A stretch of DNA of 64,000 nt, taken from assembly GCF_004010195.1 (NCBI RefSeq), contig NC_057718.1, positions 98,841,794-98,905,793 of the forward strand, read 5' to 3'. Each line of letters begins with the position of its first letter. Positions within the stretch are counted from its first letter, which is position 1. Shown piece after piece: positions 27,771-39,569 of the stretch. The position numbers and the translations under genes were made by a program. Below the pieces are notes generated by a model, which was given only the letters and a program-made list of their open reading frames with translations, did not search any database and was not told the origin of the DNA. The DNA comes from Chiloscyllium plagiosum. Lineage: Eukaryota.

Positions 27771-28069
27771 ACGCTATTTGAAGTTTGAAAACACACACTG
27801 TACTATCATTATGCAGTGTATAGCCATGTGCCCACATTAACAATGTAAATGCAGTAGAAAAATGTCACATGTTGAGGGTCATGTTGCTGATCACTATAAG
27901 CAAATGTTCTGCCGAGCCAGTAAATGGTGCCCCATTCTGAGGCCAATTACCAAGATTGGAGGGAGGGATTGATGTGTTGACAAAAGGATATTGGCTAATT
28001 TTAACCCTTTTTTATTTAAATTCAATGCACTGTGTTCACAGTAACATTCACACCAGTTATGCCAGGTAA

Positions 28070-28800
28070 TGGCCATCCCCAGTAAAAGACAATCTAACCA
28101 CTGTCCCTTGACATTCAGTGGGATCGCCATCACTGAATTCCCTCTGTGTCAACATCTTGGGGGTTACCATTGACCAGAAACTCACCTGGACTCACCACAT
28201 AAAAACTGTGGCTACAAGAGCAGATTAGAGGCAAGGAATATTGCAGCAGGTAAATCACCTCCTGACGCCTCAAAGCCTGTCCATCATCTAAAAGGTACAA
28301 GCCAGGAGTGTGATGGAATACTCTCCACCTGCCTGGATTAGTGTAGCTCCAACAACACTCAAGAAACTTGGCACCAGCCAGGACAAAGCAGCCCGCTTGA
28401 CTGGCACCACATCCGCAAGCATCCACTCCCTCCACCACCGACACTGAGTAGCAGCAGTGTGTCCTGCCTACAATATGTACTGCAGAAAATTGCCAAAGAT
28501 CCTTAGACTGCACCTCCCAAACCAACGACCATTTCCGTCTAAAATAGAGGAAAGCAGATACATGGAAACATCACCACCTGCACATTCCCCTCCAAGTCAC
28601 TGAGCATCCTGACTTAGAAATATATCACCATTCCTTCATAGTCATTGGGTCAACATTCTGCAATTCTTTCCATTAAGCACATTGTGGATCAACCTACAGC
28701 ATGTGGATTGCAGCGGTTTAAGAAGGCAGCTCACCACCACCTTCTCAAGAGTAACTAGGGATGGGCAATAAATGCTGGCCAGGCTGCAACACCCAAGTCC
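28070..28800 (+). mobile_element. L2/CR1-group LINE 3' end (RT C-terminus and tail)
   Basis: Frameshifted text LGVTIDQKLTWTHHI...RSVMEYSPPAW...QDKAARL; tail ggcagctcaccaccaccttctcaag...gggcaataaatgctggcc. Confidence 0.75.
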
Positions 28801-29221
28801 TACAAGTTAATTTTTTTAAAAACTGTGAGCAATGGCATCTTGTTTATGAACATTTCCCATCCAAAGGAAGGGTTGTAGTGACATATAATTTCTGCAAGAA
28901 ACACTGTTGAAAATAGACAAAAGTCTTTTGAACTTATTTCATTTGCAACATGTACTAATATGTGTTTTGTATGAATTTTCAACTGGGGTAATGTACCTAA
29001 TTTCCTCAAGTGAAAAACAAATTATCAACCCCTGCCTTGGATGTACTCAATGACTATTCTAAATTGCATTTTTGTCTGAATGTTGCTGTGTATATTGCCA
29101 GCTGATGTGCAGAACTTACAATAATCTAACTCCAATAAAGATAGGAATATCATGACCCATGAGACAAACTTTGGGATAAACGCATCATTCACACTCCATA
29201 AATAGCTGTACTGACACAATT

Positions 29222-29310
29222 CCTGAAGAAGGGCTCATGCCTGAAACGTCGATTCTCCTGCTCCTTGGATGCTGCCTGACCTGCTGCGCTTTTCCAGCAA
29301 CACATTTTCA
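29222..29310. mobile_element. 89-bp family A mini-element consisting of an HHR plus one arm
   Basis: Perfect 14-bp TSD gtactgacacaatt (29208-29221, 29311-29324); + strand CTGAAGA 29223-29229, GAAA 29243-29246, GTC 29248-29250. Confidence 0.85.
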
Positions 29311-30364
29311 GTACTGACACAATTGTTATCCTTGAGTTTGTTCTGAGTTTGACCTCCTGATTTGAATCTTCTGGATGCTTCAATATGATGTGTGAGCACA
29401 TCATCAATGGAGTAACAGAGAAGTGAAACTTTCCCTGTTGATGGCTTTAATGAAAGATTTACATTAGCGTGGGACAGTAACTTCACACAAATATACTTTC
29501 TATAAAGAAAGAATGATTAGGAGGTGATGGTGGGACAAGCTGAATTACACATTTGCAGAGCTGGTGCAGATGATGGGCCAAATGGCCTTCCACTGCAATG
29601 CAACAATTCTGTGAGTATCTCATTGACATAGTCACAGGGTGACTAACATTCCTAATGTTTGTTAACATGTTCATCAAGCAATGTTTGATCATTGTCATGT
29701 TCGGAAATCATTTTATGGTTAGTTCCTCCCTTCACCTCTCTTAAATCTGAAGTTACATGACACCAGGTTATAGGTGAACACGTTTATTTAAAATCACAAG
29801 CTTTCGGAGCGCAGTTCCCTGTCAGGTGAAGCCACTTCACCTGAAGATTCTTGTTGCTCACGTCTTCAGTGCTTAGTGAACAAGCGACACAGGCTGATCT
29901 CTGAATTGAAAGGGAACTGAAAACTCTATGGGTAAAGTACGGGCAGCTACCTGTGGAATATCAGGGTACTTCAATTATTATTGTATGAGGGAATAATGAT
30001 CAGTAACACAACTAAGTAAGTAATTAGAATATTCCTGTCATCATTTTTGCTGCTGCTAAGTTCCAGACTACCTCTGGAGGAGATAATATTTTGGATACAT
30101 GCCTATGAGTTTCATCATATTAACAAGCTTCCCTACTGAGTCAATTCGTCTAAATTCTCTCCTCCACTAGCTTCAATATTCCTGAAAAGAGAGACATTTG
30201 TCAATGCTTTTTAACCTTCCAATCAGCAGAACAAACTCAAGCATAACAAATTTTAAACAATCACAAAGATTTATATGACAATAAAAAAGTGTGCTCATTG
30301 GTAGGGAAACCAGGAGGGAACTATCGGTTCCCCAAGTTTTTGGGTAATTGGGCAACAACCAACC

Positions 30365-30458
30365 GGATTCCTGATGAAGGACTTATGCCCGAAACGTCAA
30401 CCGTCCTGCACCTTAGATGCTGCTTGGCCTGCTGTGCTTTTTCAGTGCCACACTTCTC
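30365..30458 (+). mobile_element. Family A mini-element with HHR core
   Basis: CTGATGA 30371-30377, GAAACGTC 30391-30398. Confidence 0.75.
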
Positions 30459-30695
30459 AATAACAACTAACAACCAGTTTAAGATAATCAGTCAAATTCA
30501 TAATATATTTATACTTGCATAAAGTGACATTCATTCAGATACAAAAACCTGTTATTTGTAAACAGAAGGATTACGTTCACCCATGGGTTTTGGGGTGCCT
30601 TTTGTTCCTCATTCCATCCTCCATGCCCATGCCTCAGCCAATCAGCACCCTTTATCCCTGTACCTTAAACTGTTGTGAGAGCTGAAATTTGGCAT

Positions 30696-30740
30696 TCTTG
30701 CGTGTGTCCTGATGAGTGCAAGACGAAAAGCTTAAGCAAT
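30696..30740 (+). ncRNA. Candidate minimal hammerhead ribozyme (family D) with predicted loop II pseudoknot; stem I degenerate
   Basis: CTGATGA 30709-30715, stem II GT-gcaag-AC, GAAA 30725-30728, palindromic AAGCTT; upstream CTTGC complementary to loop GCAAG. Confidence 0.55.
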
Positions 30741-31166
30741 GTGTCTCTCTTTTCAGCAATATTCAAGTTTGGTATTACCAAACATTCCCAATATGTTTGT
30801 GACTAATAACCAAAAAGGGAATATCAAAAAAAGCTTCCCATTTGTTATTGCCCCGGTGATTTATTTTATTTCCATCATTGTTCGTGGCATTGTCCAGAAG
30901 ATTAATCTTTATTTCCTGGAGACTCCGGGACACTGCTGTCAGAATGCTAATCCCATATCTGCAGATGTTTCACTGCCTTTTAGCCTCTAGCACTGAGCAG
31001 TGAAACATCTGCACATATTTGCAAAGGGACAGTGGCAATGCACCACTGATCAGTAGAGCTATAAGCGGTGTTCTCCAGTGTGCTGTACCTCTGTGATTTA
31101 CTATTTCGTCAGCATTAGAAACACCTATATCCAATTAACTGAATGTTTCCTATCTAGTGCTTACTT

Positions 31167-31463
31167 GGGGGTGACATTATAGAGGTTTATAAAATCATGA
31201 GGGGCATGGATAGGATAAATAGACAAGTTCTTTTCCTTGGGGTGGGGGAGCCCAGAACTATAGGGCATAGGTTTAGGGTGAGAGGGGAAAGATATAAAGG
31301 GGACCTAAGGGGTAATTTTTTCACACAAAGGGTGGTGCATCTACGGAATGTGCTGCCAGAGGAAGTGGTGGCAAATGGGACTAGATTAGGTTAGGATATC
31401 CAGTTGGCATGGACAAGCTGGACTGAAGGGCCTGTTTCCGTTCTGAACATCTCTATGCCTCTA
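31167..31463 (+). mobile_element. CR1 3' fragment
   Basis: GHRFRVRGERYKGDLRGNFFTQRVV. Confidence 0.9.
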
Positions 31464-32058
31464 TTTGCACAACGCATTTGTTTAGGTATTGACGTTATCT
31501 ACATATCCTCTGCATTGTTGGTCAATGGAAAAGATTTTATAAATGACATGCCTTCCTTCTGTGAACATGATTTCTTTTAACAGTGAGTGTACAGTACATG
31601 TTGAGAACGTGTTCTCCCTGGCTGGCGAATCTAGAAATAATCAGTCTCAGAGGAAGGTGTCAGTCATTTCAGTTGCAGATTTGGGATAAACGTTTTCACT
31701 TAGTGGGTTGTGAAGCTTTGGAATTCTTCACTCTGGGGAGCTGAGGGTATTGCCACTGAGTACCTAATATCCAAAAGTTGACAAGTTTTTTTTTCACTTG
31801 AGGAATTAAGTAAGTAAAGTCATCGTAGTCCCAGAGGACTGCTCTGTCATTGGTGAGAGATGAGTAGTGGTGGTTTAACCTGAGGGTCACCATAAGTCAG
31901 GCAAGGGGAGAGGTTGAGAAGACCAGTTGTTCATGGTAACCTCGGTCGATATGGGATTTGAACCACGCCGTTGGTGTCACTCTGTACTATAAACCAACCA
32001 GCTGAGCTAAAGGAATGGAGACAGATGGGGGAAGTGGAGTTGAGGTAGATAATGGTCA

Positions 32059-32355
32059 GAGTTGAGAGTGTGGTGCTGGAAAAGCACAGCAGGTCAAGTA
32101 GCATCCGAGCAGCAGGAGAATTGACATTTCAGGCAAAAGCCCTTCATCAGGAATGAGGCTTGTGGGCCAAGGAGGCTGAGAGATAAATGGGAGTGGGGTG
32201 GAGCTGAGGGGAAGGTAACTGAGAATGCAATAGGTAGATGAAGGTGGGACAGAAGGTGATAGATTGGAGAAGAGGGTGGGTCACATAGGTAGGAAAGACA
32301 ATGGACAGGTCCAGAGGGTGGTGCCCTCCAGCATCTACAATCCTCACTTTCTCCT
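32059..32355. mobile_element. Family A PLE terminal-repeat fragment with inversion, inserted into a CR1 tail
   Basis: Near-TSD tagataatggtcag / tagatagtggtcag; minus-strand HHR-like core at ~32122-32152. Confidence 0.75.
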
Positions 32356-32557
32356 ATTAGATAGTGGTCAGCCAAGATTTTATTGAATGGTAGAATAGGC
32401 CTGAAGGGCCAAATGGCCTCCTTCAATTCTTATTTTTGATCCAGTTGTTTGTGGTGCTTGCCATTCAATTATTCTTCATTCTTTGGGTAATGTACAATTA
32501 ATTTGCTCTTCCTTCAACACAAAATAATGTGCGTGCAATTTTTTTTTTAAATTTTAG

Positions 32558-32626
32558 GCTGAATCCAATAAAACCAGGATTGACGAAGCTAACCAACGTG
32601 CAACAAAGATGCTGGGAAGTGGCTAA
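32558..32626 (+). CDS. SNAP25: SNAP-25 exon 8 coding part (AESNKTRIDEANQRATKMLGSG-stop)
   Basis: tttag acceptor; canonical SNAP-25 C-terminus ending in TAA. Confidence 0.98.
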   Translation, partial: AESNKTRIDEANQRATKMLGSG

Positions 32627-33800
32627 GCCTGCAGGAAAGTGCACTACTCCCTGGCACTCTTCAGAAAGCAGCGTATACATTGATTTTATTGTGGTATTTA
32701 CTGACTAGGTTTGCACACATGCACATGACAGACCCAGTGTAAAAGTTGCCCTGTGTAGCTTGTCATATTTTTAACCAGAGTACTTGTAATTATTTATTTC
32801 TAGATAAATCTCTTTCCAAAGGATGTATATAGGGCTGGATTGATGGCTTTAGCTCACTCGTGATTTTTCATTTTGTTTTCCCATTACAAAGTTTGCTCGG
32901 TAAAATAGGAGCTTGAGAAAAGCTGTTTTTCTTTTGAAATGCAGGGTGTACAGTATTGTCCTTGTGAACTGTGTCATTACACAAAGCTACTGCCATGTTC
33001 CTAAGGGTAATGTGATGATAAAAATGCATAGTTAAAAACAAAACTGTTGTCTTATGTTCATTTCACAGAACCTTTCTAACTTAACGTCAAGGAAGTGTGG
33101 TGTGTGTAACTGTAACCGTCCTTGCACTGAGGTGATGTACTCATACAATTATGCATGATATTAATTGTAAGACCTTCTGCTAAAATGATCTTCACATGGC
33201 AGTAGCGCCTTGGCAAAGCATGCTCAGTATTGAGACACAGTTGATAATAGGTTATATCTGCAAGTCTACAGTAGTGCCACATTTCATGTTCGAGAAACAA
33301 AACTGTGAACATGGTGTAAAATAAGGATAAAGCATTTAATAAATGAACAATTTCTGCAATGAGTATTCTCAAAATGAGAAAACTTAAGGCAGAAGCAAAA
33401 CATATTGGTAGCGGTTAGACATTTTATCCACAAGGTTTAGATGCTGCTAATGGTAACGATATCTGATGGAAAGATTGCACTAACAGGGAAAACGTAGTTG
33501 TATACATAGGCCTGAATATTTATGAAAGATATGTAGATTTTATAAAGAAATTGTATTTTGTTTGTTATTACCCTGTGTTTTGTAAAGTTTCTTGTCGCTT
33601 TATGCATTTAGAGCTATGCACAGCAAATGGCTGGACTGTGTAGTTAAAGAAATAACTAAACAAAAATAGCAAAATCTGTTGAGATAAATGTTATTATAGC
33701 ATGTAATGTGGAATTCCTACTGCCTCTGTCAGTCTGTGAAGTGGTTAAACATTTTGTAGCTAGTTAAAATGATTAAATATTACGAACCTTAAGCGATGTG
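32627..33800 (+). other. SNAP25: SNAP25 3'UTR (end approximate)
   Basis: Repeat-free AT-rich block after the stop codon; AATAAA at 33338-33343 and ATTAAA at 33772-33777 followed by a GT-rich tract. Confidence 0.65.
33772..33777 (+). promoter_or_regulatory. Candidate distal polyadenylation signal (ATTAAA); proximal AATAAA at 33338-33343
   Basis: Hexamer followed downstream by gatgtgcagtttagtttgttg. Confidence 0.5.
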
Positions 33801-34085
33801 CAGTTTAGTTTGTTGCCTACAAACCTTCTAAAAAACCTGTAACATGCATTGAGGCAGGTTAATGTCTTTGATGCAAAAGGGAGAAGAGCTCCATTGTACA
33901 TTATTTATACCCACAGCTGAGATCTCTTTATCAAGGCATATCTACTATTTTGCTACACTTAGCACATAAAGGAAGTCTCATGTGATCTAAACTAGTTATT
34001 AAATCCAATGATTGAGCATTTTCCAATTCTTTTAAAGATTACCTGATGTGTTGTATAGAGATCCTTTGATCTGCTTCTCAAAGAG

Positions 34086-34383
34086 TGGGCGGCACGGTGG
34101 CACAGTGGTTAGCACTGCTGCCTCACAGCGCCAATTCCCGCCTCAGGCGACTGACTGTGTGGAGTTTGCACGTTCTCCCCCGTGTCTGCGTGGGTTTCCT
34201 CCGGGTGCTCCGGTTTCCTCCCACAGTCCAAAGATGTGCAGCTCAGGTGAATTGGCCATGCTAAATTGCCCGTAGTGTTAGGTAAGGGGTAAATGTAGGG
34301 GTATGGGTGGGTTGCGCTTCGGCGGGGCGGTGTGGACTTGTTGGGCCGAAGGGCCTGTTTCCACACTGTAAGTAATCTAATCA
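34086..34383 (+). mobile_element. HE1/V-SINE-type SINE (young, CpG-rich)
   Basis: gggcggcacggtggcacagtggttagcac head to aatctaatc tail. Confidence 0.93.
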
Positions 34384-35178
34384 AATGCTTATTTCTGACA
34401 CACTGAAATTTTTCTTAGAAATATCCAAATCCTGATATGCTACTTATGTTAATGTTCATGTAACTGTGTTGACAGCTAACAGAAGGGACATCATTTTTGT
34501 TTTATATTCCACATACTGATAGCTGCCACTTAAAATCTCATCTCAAATCGATGGCTTGCTGATGAATATGCAAATGACAGCAATTCTTAATCAGTGCTTT
34601 GAAGTTATTGATTAACATTCATTGTTAATAATAACACTAATATAATAAGCTCCTTTTTGGAGATTAGTATATTACTGGCCTAGTCCTTATCATTAAGCAT
34701 GTTTTAAATTGTTTACCTTCTGATAGACTTGGAAGGAGAATGAAAATACAAGATAATTAACGGTGAGAAAAATTACACATATGCATTGAAAGAAGCAACA
34801 AAAATACGAGCAAAAGCGAAACATTATTGGAGCCCTTAATTTAACAGGTTTCACGTTACATGCACTTACCCAAAGCTGAAGCCACATTTGGGAATGAAAT
34901 TACATTATTATCGTATCTGGTGGAATTCGTATGCTTGTACATGTTATGGAGATAAAGACAAAAAAATTGATTTCAGAATGAGAAAGTCAGAAAAACAGAA
35001 GAGATGTTATACGTCAGAATGTGCCATGGACTGTTGCTGGAACAATGACCCAGAACTTGCTGAAGTCAGGCATTTGTTGGGGCTGTTTCATCCTTCAGCT
35101 CCAAATGGTGTGCCCTGCAAGTTGTTGGATGTGCAAGCTGTTTAATGAGGCTGCTGGGACATTGTTGAATGAGGGGAT

Positions 35179-35306
35179 GAGCTGAAGAAGGGCTCATGCC
35201 CGAAACGTCGATTCCCCTGCTCCTTGGATGCTGCCTGACCTGCTGCACTTTTCCAGCAACACATTTTCAGCTCTGATCTCCAGCACCTGCAGTCCTCACT
35301 TTCTCC
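35179..35306 (+). mobile_element. Family A mini-element with intact HHR core
   Basis: Perfect 14-bp TSD ttgaatgaggggat (35165-35178, 35307-35320); CTGAAGA-a-GGGCtcatGCCC-GAAACGTC at 35182-35209. Confidence 0.88.
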
Positions 35307-36501
35307 TTGAATGAGGGGATATCTCCTTAACCGGTGATATATTTAAGGATTGAGACAGAAGCAAAGGAAGAATGAAAATAAAATCCAGTCTGAATTAGAC
35401 TTGGAGAAAGGAAAAAATAAAGAGAAATGAAAATAGATTCGATTAAGAGGCCAAAAAAAAAGAAGCTAAGAGAAAAATAAATTGAAACTCTCCAGGGAAA
35501 ATTGCTACCTGCAAGAATGAGTCTCCAAAGTTTTAATTGTTCTTTTTCTGGGCCAGATAGGTTGAATAGTATTACAGGAAGATAAATCTTAACTTTACAA
35601 ATGTACTTACTTTATTAAGTGCCAGCCTAACCTTCTAACTTAAATTTAGTTAGAAATTAATGTGCAACTGCAAAAATGCATTCGTACTCATGAGAAGGCA
35701 TGGATTGAGTTGCCATTTTGGCATACATTTGACAGGGTGGCATGAGTTGTCCAGCCACAATTATCACAGTCACAGAATATCTCTTCCTTGCCAATTCACA
35801 TATTTATAGAGCCAAGCACTGTTAAATTAGCCACTACTCTGTCAGCAAATTTTGGTCAATTGTCAAAAACCTGGTTACCTTCCTCCAAATGTTTCTTCAG
35901 CTTCTGGGAATGTTAGGATTTTTTTCTGTCCCTTCTTTTTGTGCGCATTTCTTAACCTTAATGTGGACTACGGGTTTGCAGCTCATGGTCAACATGCAAC
36001 GTTCACAATTCATTACTTTCTTGGCATTCCTAGTTAGGCCATTGGGGCAATGAATATCCATTTTATCAGGGCAGATAGAGAAAAACAAGTGTCCTGTTCC
36101 TTATAGTTCTCCAATACAGATGACCAAGGATGCACAGTAGTGATATTAGATGGAAAAATTGGATAGCAATCCCCTTCCTGGTACTGATACGTCCCTTGAA
36201 TAGTACAAGAAAAATGGCTTATAAGAACAGGCTTTCTGAGGAATTCCTCTCCTGTTGTTCTGCTGAGATTATCCATGCCATATGGAAGTTATTTTAAGGG
36301 TCATGCCAAGTCTCAATGATCTTACCAGATCATAGGGATGCTCTCTCATTAGAGAGAGATAACTGATGGTAATTTAATCTGAGCACCACCATAACTCAGA
36401 TGAGGGGACAGGTTGAGAAGGAGAGTCCTTCATGGTAAACTCAGCGAGCGTGGGGATTAAACCCTTGCTGTTGGCATCATGCTGCTTTGAAAACCAACTG
36501 T

Positions 36502-36724
36502 CTAGAGTTGAAAAGTGTGAATCTGGAAAAGTACAGCAGGAGAGGCAGCGTCCGAGGAGCAGGAGACTGGATAGTTCAGACAGAAGTGGCATTATTCCTG
36601 ATGAAGGGCTTATGCCCAAAACGTCGACTTTCCTGTTCCTCAGATGCTGCCTGACCTGCTGTGTTTTTCCAGTGCCACACTTTTTGACTCTGACTCTCCA
36701 GCATCTGCAGTCCTCACTTTCTCC
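36502..36724. mobile_element. Family A palindromic element nested in a tRNA SINE
   Basis: Inverted arms, ctgatgaagggcttatgccc core and tail; near-TSD aaccaactgtctag / aatcaactgtccag. Confidence 0.8.
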
Positions 36725-39569
36725 TAAATCAACTGTCCAGCCAACTAAGCTAAACCTACCTTCATCTTAAGGGTGAAAAGCAACACAATCAATGGTGACT
36801 AATCAAGTTGTGTCTATGAAACAAATTTACCTGTTCCTCCAGAATTGTTCAGAAGGTCATAGTTTCTACCTTGTGTGCTATTGTATTTTGAGGCGGAGTG
36901 GTATATTTCTATTGTCAGTGGGAGAAGCCTCCAGCATAACTAAAATGTCATAATTTGTGTATTAAACTGGAGGGGATCTCAGGTTTATACATGTCATTGC
37001 ATTAGTTTGGCCATCTGAAGCTATTCAACCATTACAAATGTGTACCCAAATCAGATTAAACACCCAGGACAAGAAGACAATGAATAGCAAAAGACAACAC
37101 CAGTGCAGAAAACATGAAGATGACCAACATAGAACGGTGCACTCAATTATATTTGCAGGTAATATGATAGGAAATGAAGACATGGTTGGTGCACTGAAAA
37201 TGATAAAGAACTACCACTGTTTGGAAAACGAGAAGATTTTAAACATTTTCAATAACACTTTTTAGTTGACAAGAATTTGGTGTGAAGGGTAAAGAGAACA
37301 AAGCAAGGAACAAAAGTTAAAGTGAGAAATAAAGCAAGCAAGTCAACAGCAGAAGAAAATCCTCCATATTCTCACTTCAATTTTTAACCAATCGCTTGAG
37401 GGATTTAATGATGCACCTCTAGAGAAGATGAAATTGACCTGGGAATTTTAGCTCAAACGTTGGGACAATACCACTACATCACAAGAGCCCCAATAGGCAC
37501 ATACTGCTTGTTTTAGTAAATGAAATGGCAATGTAGACATTTTCTAAGCAACCTGTTTGGAGATGTTATTCCACATCTGTAGAGCAGGTAGGCCATCACC
37601 TTGGGTCTCCTGTCTCAGAGGTAGAAGGACTACCACAAAAGTTTCTTAGGTAATGTATGCTGACTACAATGGCTCAGTGAGATCTGAAAATTAACAAATT
37701 ATCGGTGTTAGATTAAGGATTACGAACTGGGATCAGGAGGGGTGTAAAATAACCAAAGCAGTGGTTTCCCAAATATGACTGAAGAAGTATTGATGAGGCT
37801 CAGACATGGTCTACCTGGGTATCCAATGGAAACATGCAAGGTAAGAAAATATTCATTGAATATTTGAAAATCAACCAAATTTGGCACTGCAGAGGCAGTT
37901 AAGTCTTTCAATAAATAATGTAAAATTAAATTGGGATTGTTCAAAGTATTTACAAATAAGATTTTATGAAGTTTATTAGCAGCAGATAATGGTTGATGAA
38001 CTATCCATTGCCCAGATTGCCAAACTGCCCATGAGGGAAATATAAGCTGTACAAGTGACCCAACAATAAACCTAAGCTAATAAACATAAAATATTGCAAA
38101 GGTAATACATTAGTGAACCATTATATTGAGAACTAATAATGTGCTTATTAAATTTATATTGTTTCCTTTGTTATTTGTTTAAGAAGCATTTTTAAATGTT
38201 ACTAATTACAAAACCAATATCCCTGAACAGCTACATGCAAAATAATGATTTTCAAAATATGTTAGGTTGAGCTACAGGGAAAAGCTGAATAGGCTGGGGC
38301 TGTTTTCCCTGGAGCTCAGAGGATCATTCCACATGGAAAGAAACCAGTTGGGCATTTGTGTCCGTGCTGGTTCCATGTGACAGCTCTCTGGCTTGTCCCA
38401 GTCCTCGCAAGTTGTTTCTTTCAAGTATATGTCCTCACACATACCTCCATTCATATGTGTTTAAGCTCAACTTCAAGCAATTTAATTTGTGTAGACTCAA
38501 AGGAATGTACAAAAGTTGAAAGAACAAAAAAGAACAAACAAGGAGGTGAGGGGTATGTTGGTGTTGGGCGATCACCGTGTTCATCAAGTTACCATATGCT
38601 TACTGTTTGAAGGGAAGCTCAACAGCACTGTTGGCCTTTGATGAATTGTGGCTGTGGTCAAGACACAATTCACCAGCCCAGGCTCCAGGTGGCCCAAGTG
38701 AATGATATGGATGTAGTAGAGCATGAACAAACTGCTTGCAGACTGGGCAAGTTCCAACACTCTTCCAGCTCGGAATCTCGAATGAGCATGTTAGCGTTGA
38801 TGAGATGGGATGATCAAGCATGTCCAGTTGACTATACGCTACGCAAGCTCAACTTTGCATGCTGAGCCTGATTTAGATTGATATAAGTAAAGCAATACTG
38901 ATTATTATGTTAAGAATTCTTCCTGGCTGCACAGTGTGAGATTATCCAGGATTCTCATCCATTGCTGTCACCGTAGATCATCAGCAGCCTGTCAGGCTGC
39001 TATGGGAAAGCCAAGCTGTGCTTTTTGTTCAGACACCTACAGGTAAGAAATCATCTACATTATTGTGCGTGTGGTAACCTGGATCATTAAATGTTATGTC
39101 ATAGAACTGTACATGCTCGATCCAACTCGCCCGTGCTGACTAGATAACCTAAATTAATCTAGACCCATTTGCCTGCATTTGGCTCATATTTATCTAAGCC
39201 CTTCCTATCATGTACCCATCCAGATATCTTTTAAATGTTACAATTGTACCGGCCTCCACCACTTCCCCTGGCAGCTCGTTCTATACCTGGATGACCCTCT
39301 GTGTGAAAAAGTTGCCCCTTCGGTCCCTTTCAAACCTTTCTCCTCTCACCTTAAACGTATGCTCTTTAGATTTGGATTCCCTTACCCTGGGAAAAAGCCC
39401 TTGGCTATTCACCCTAGCCATGCCTTCATGATTTTATAAACCTCTATAAGGTCACCCACTAATCTTCGATGCTCCAGGGAAAACAGCCCCAGCCTATCCA
39501 GCCTCTCCCTGTAGCTCAAAATCTTCAACCCTGGCTACATCCCTGTAAATCTTTTGTCTCCTTTCAAGT

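Noticed and set aside
34086..34150. tRNA genes at SINE heads
   Set aside because: A/B boxes belong to HE1-type SINEs and run directly into the SINE core; no complete cloverleaf
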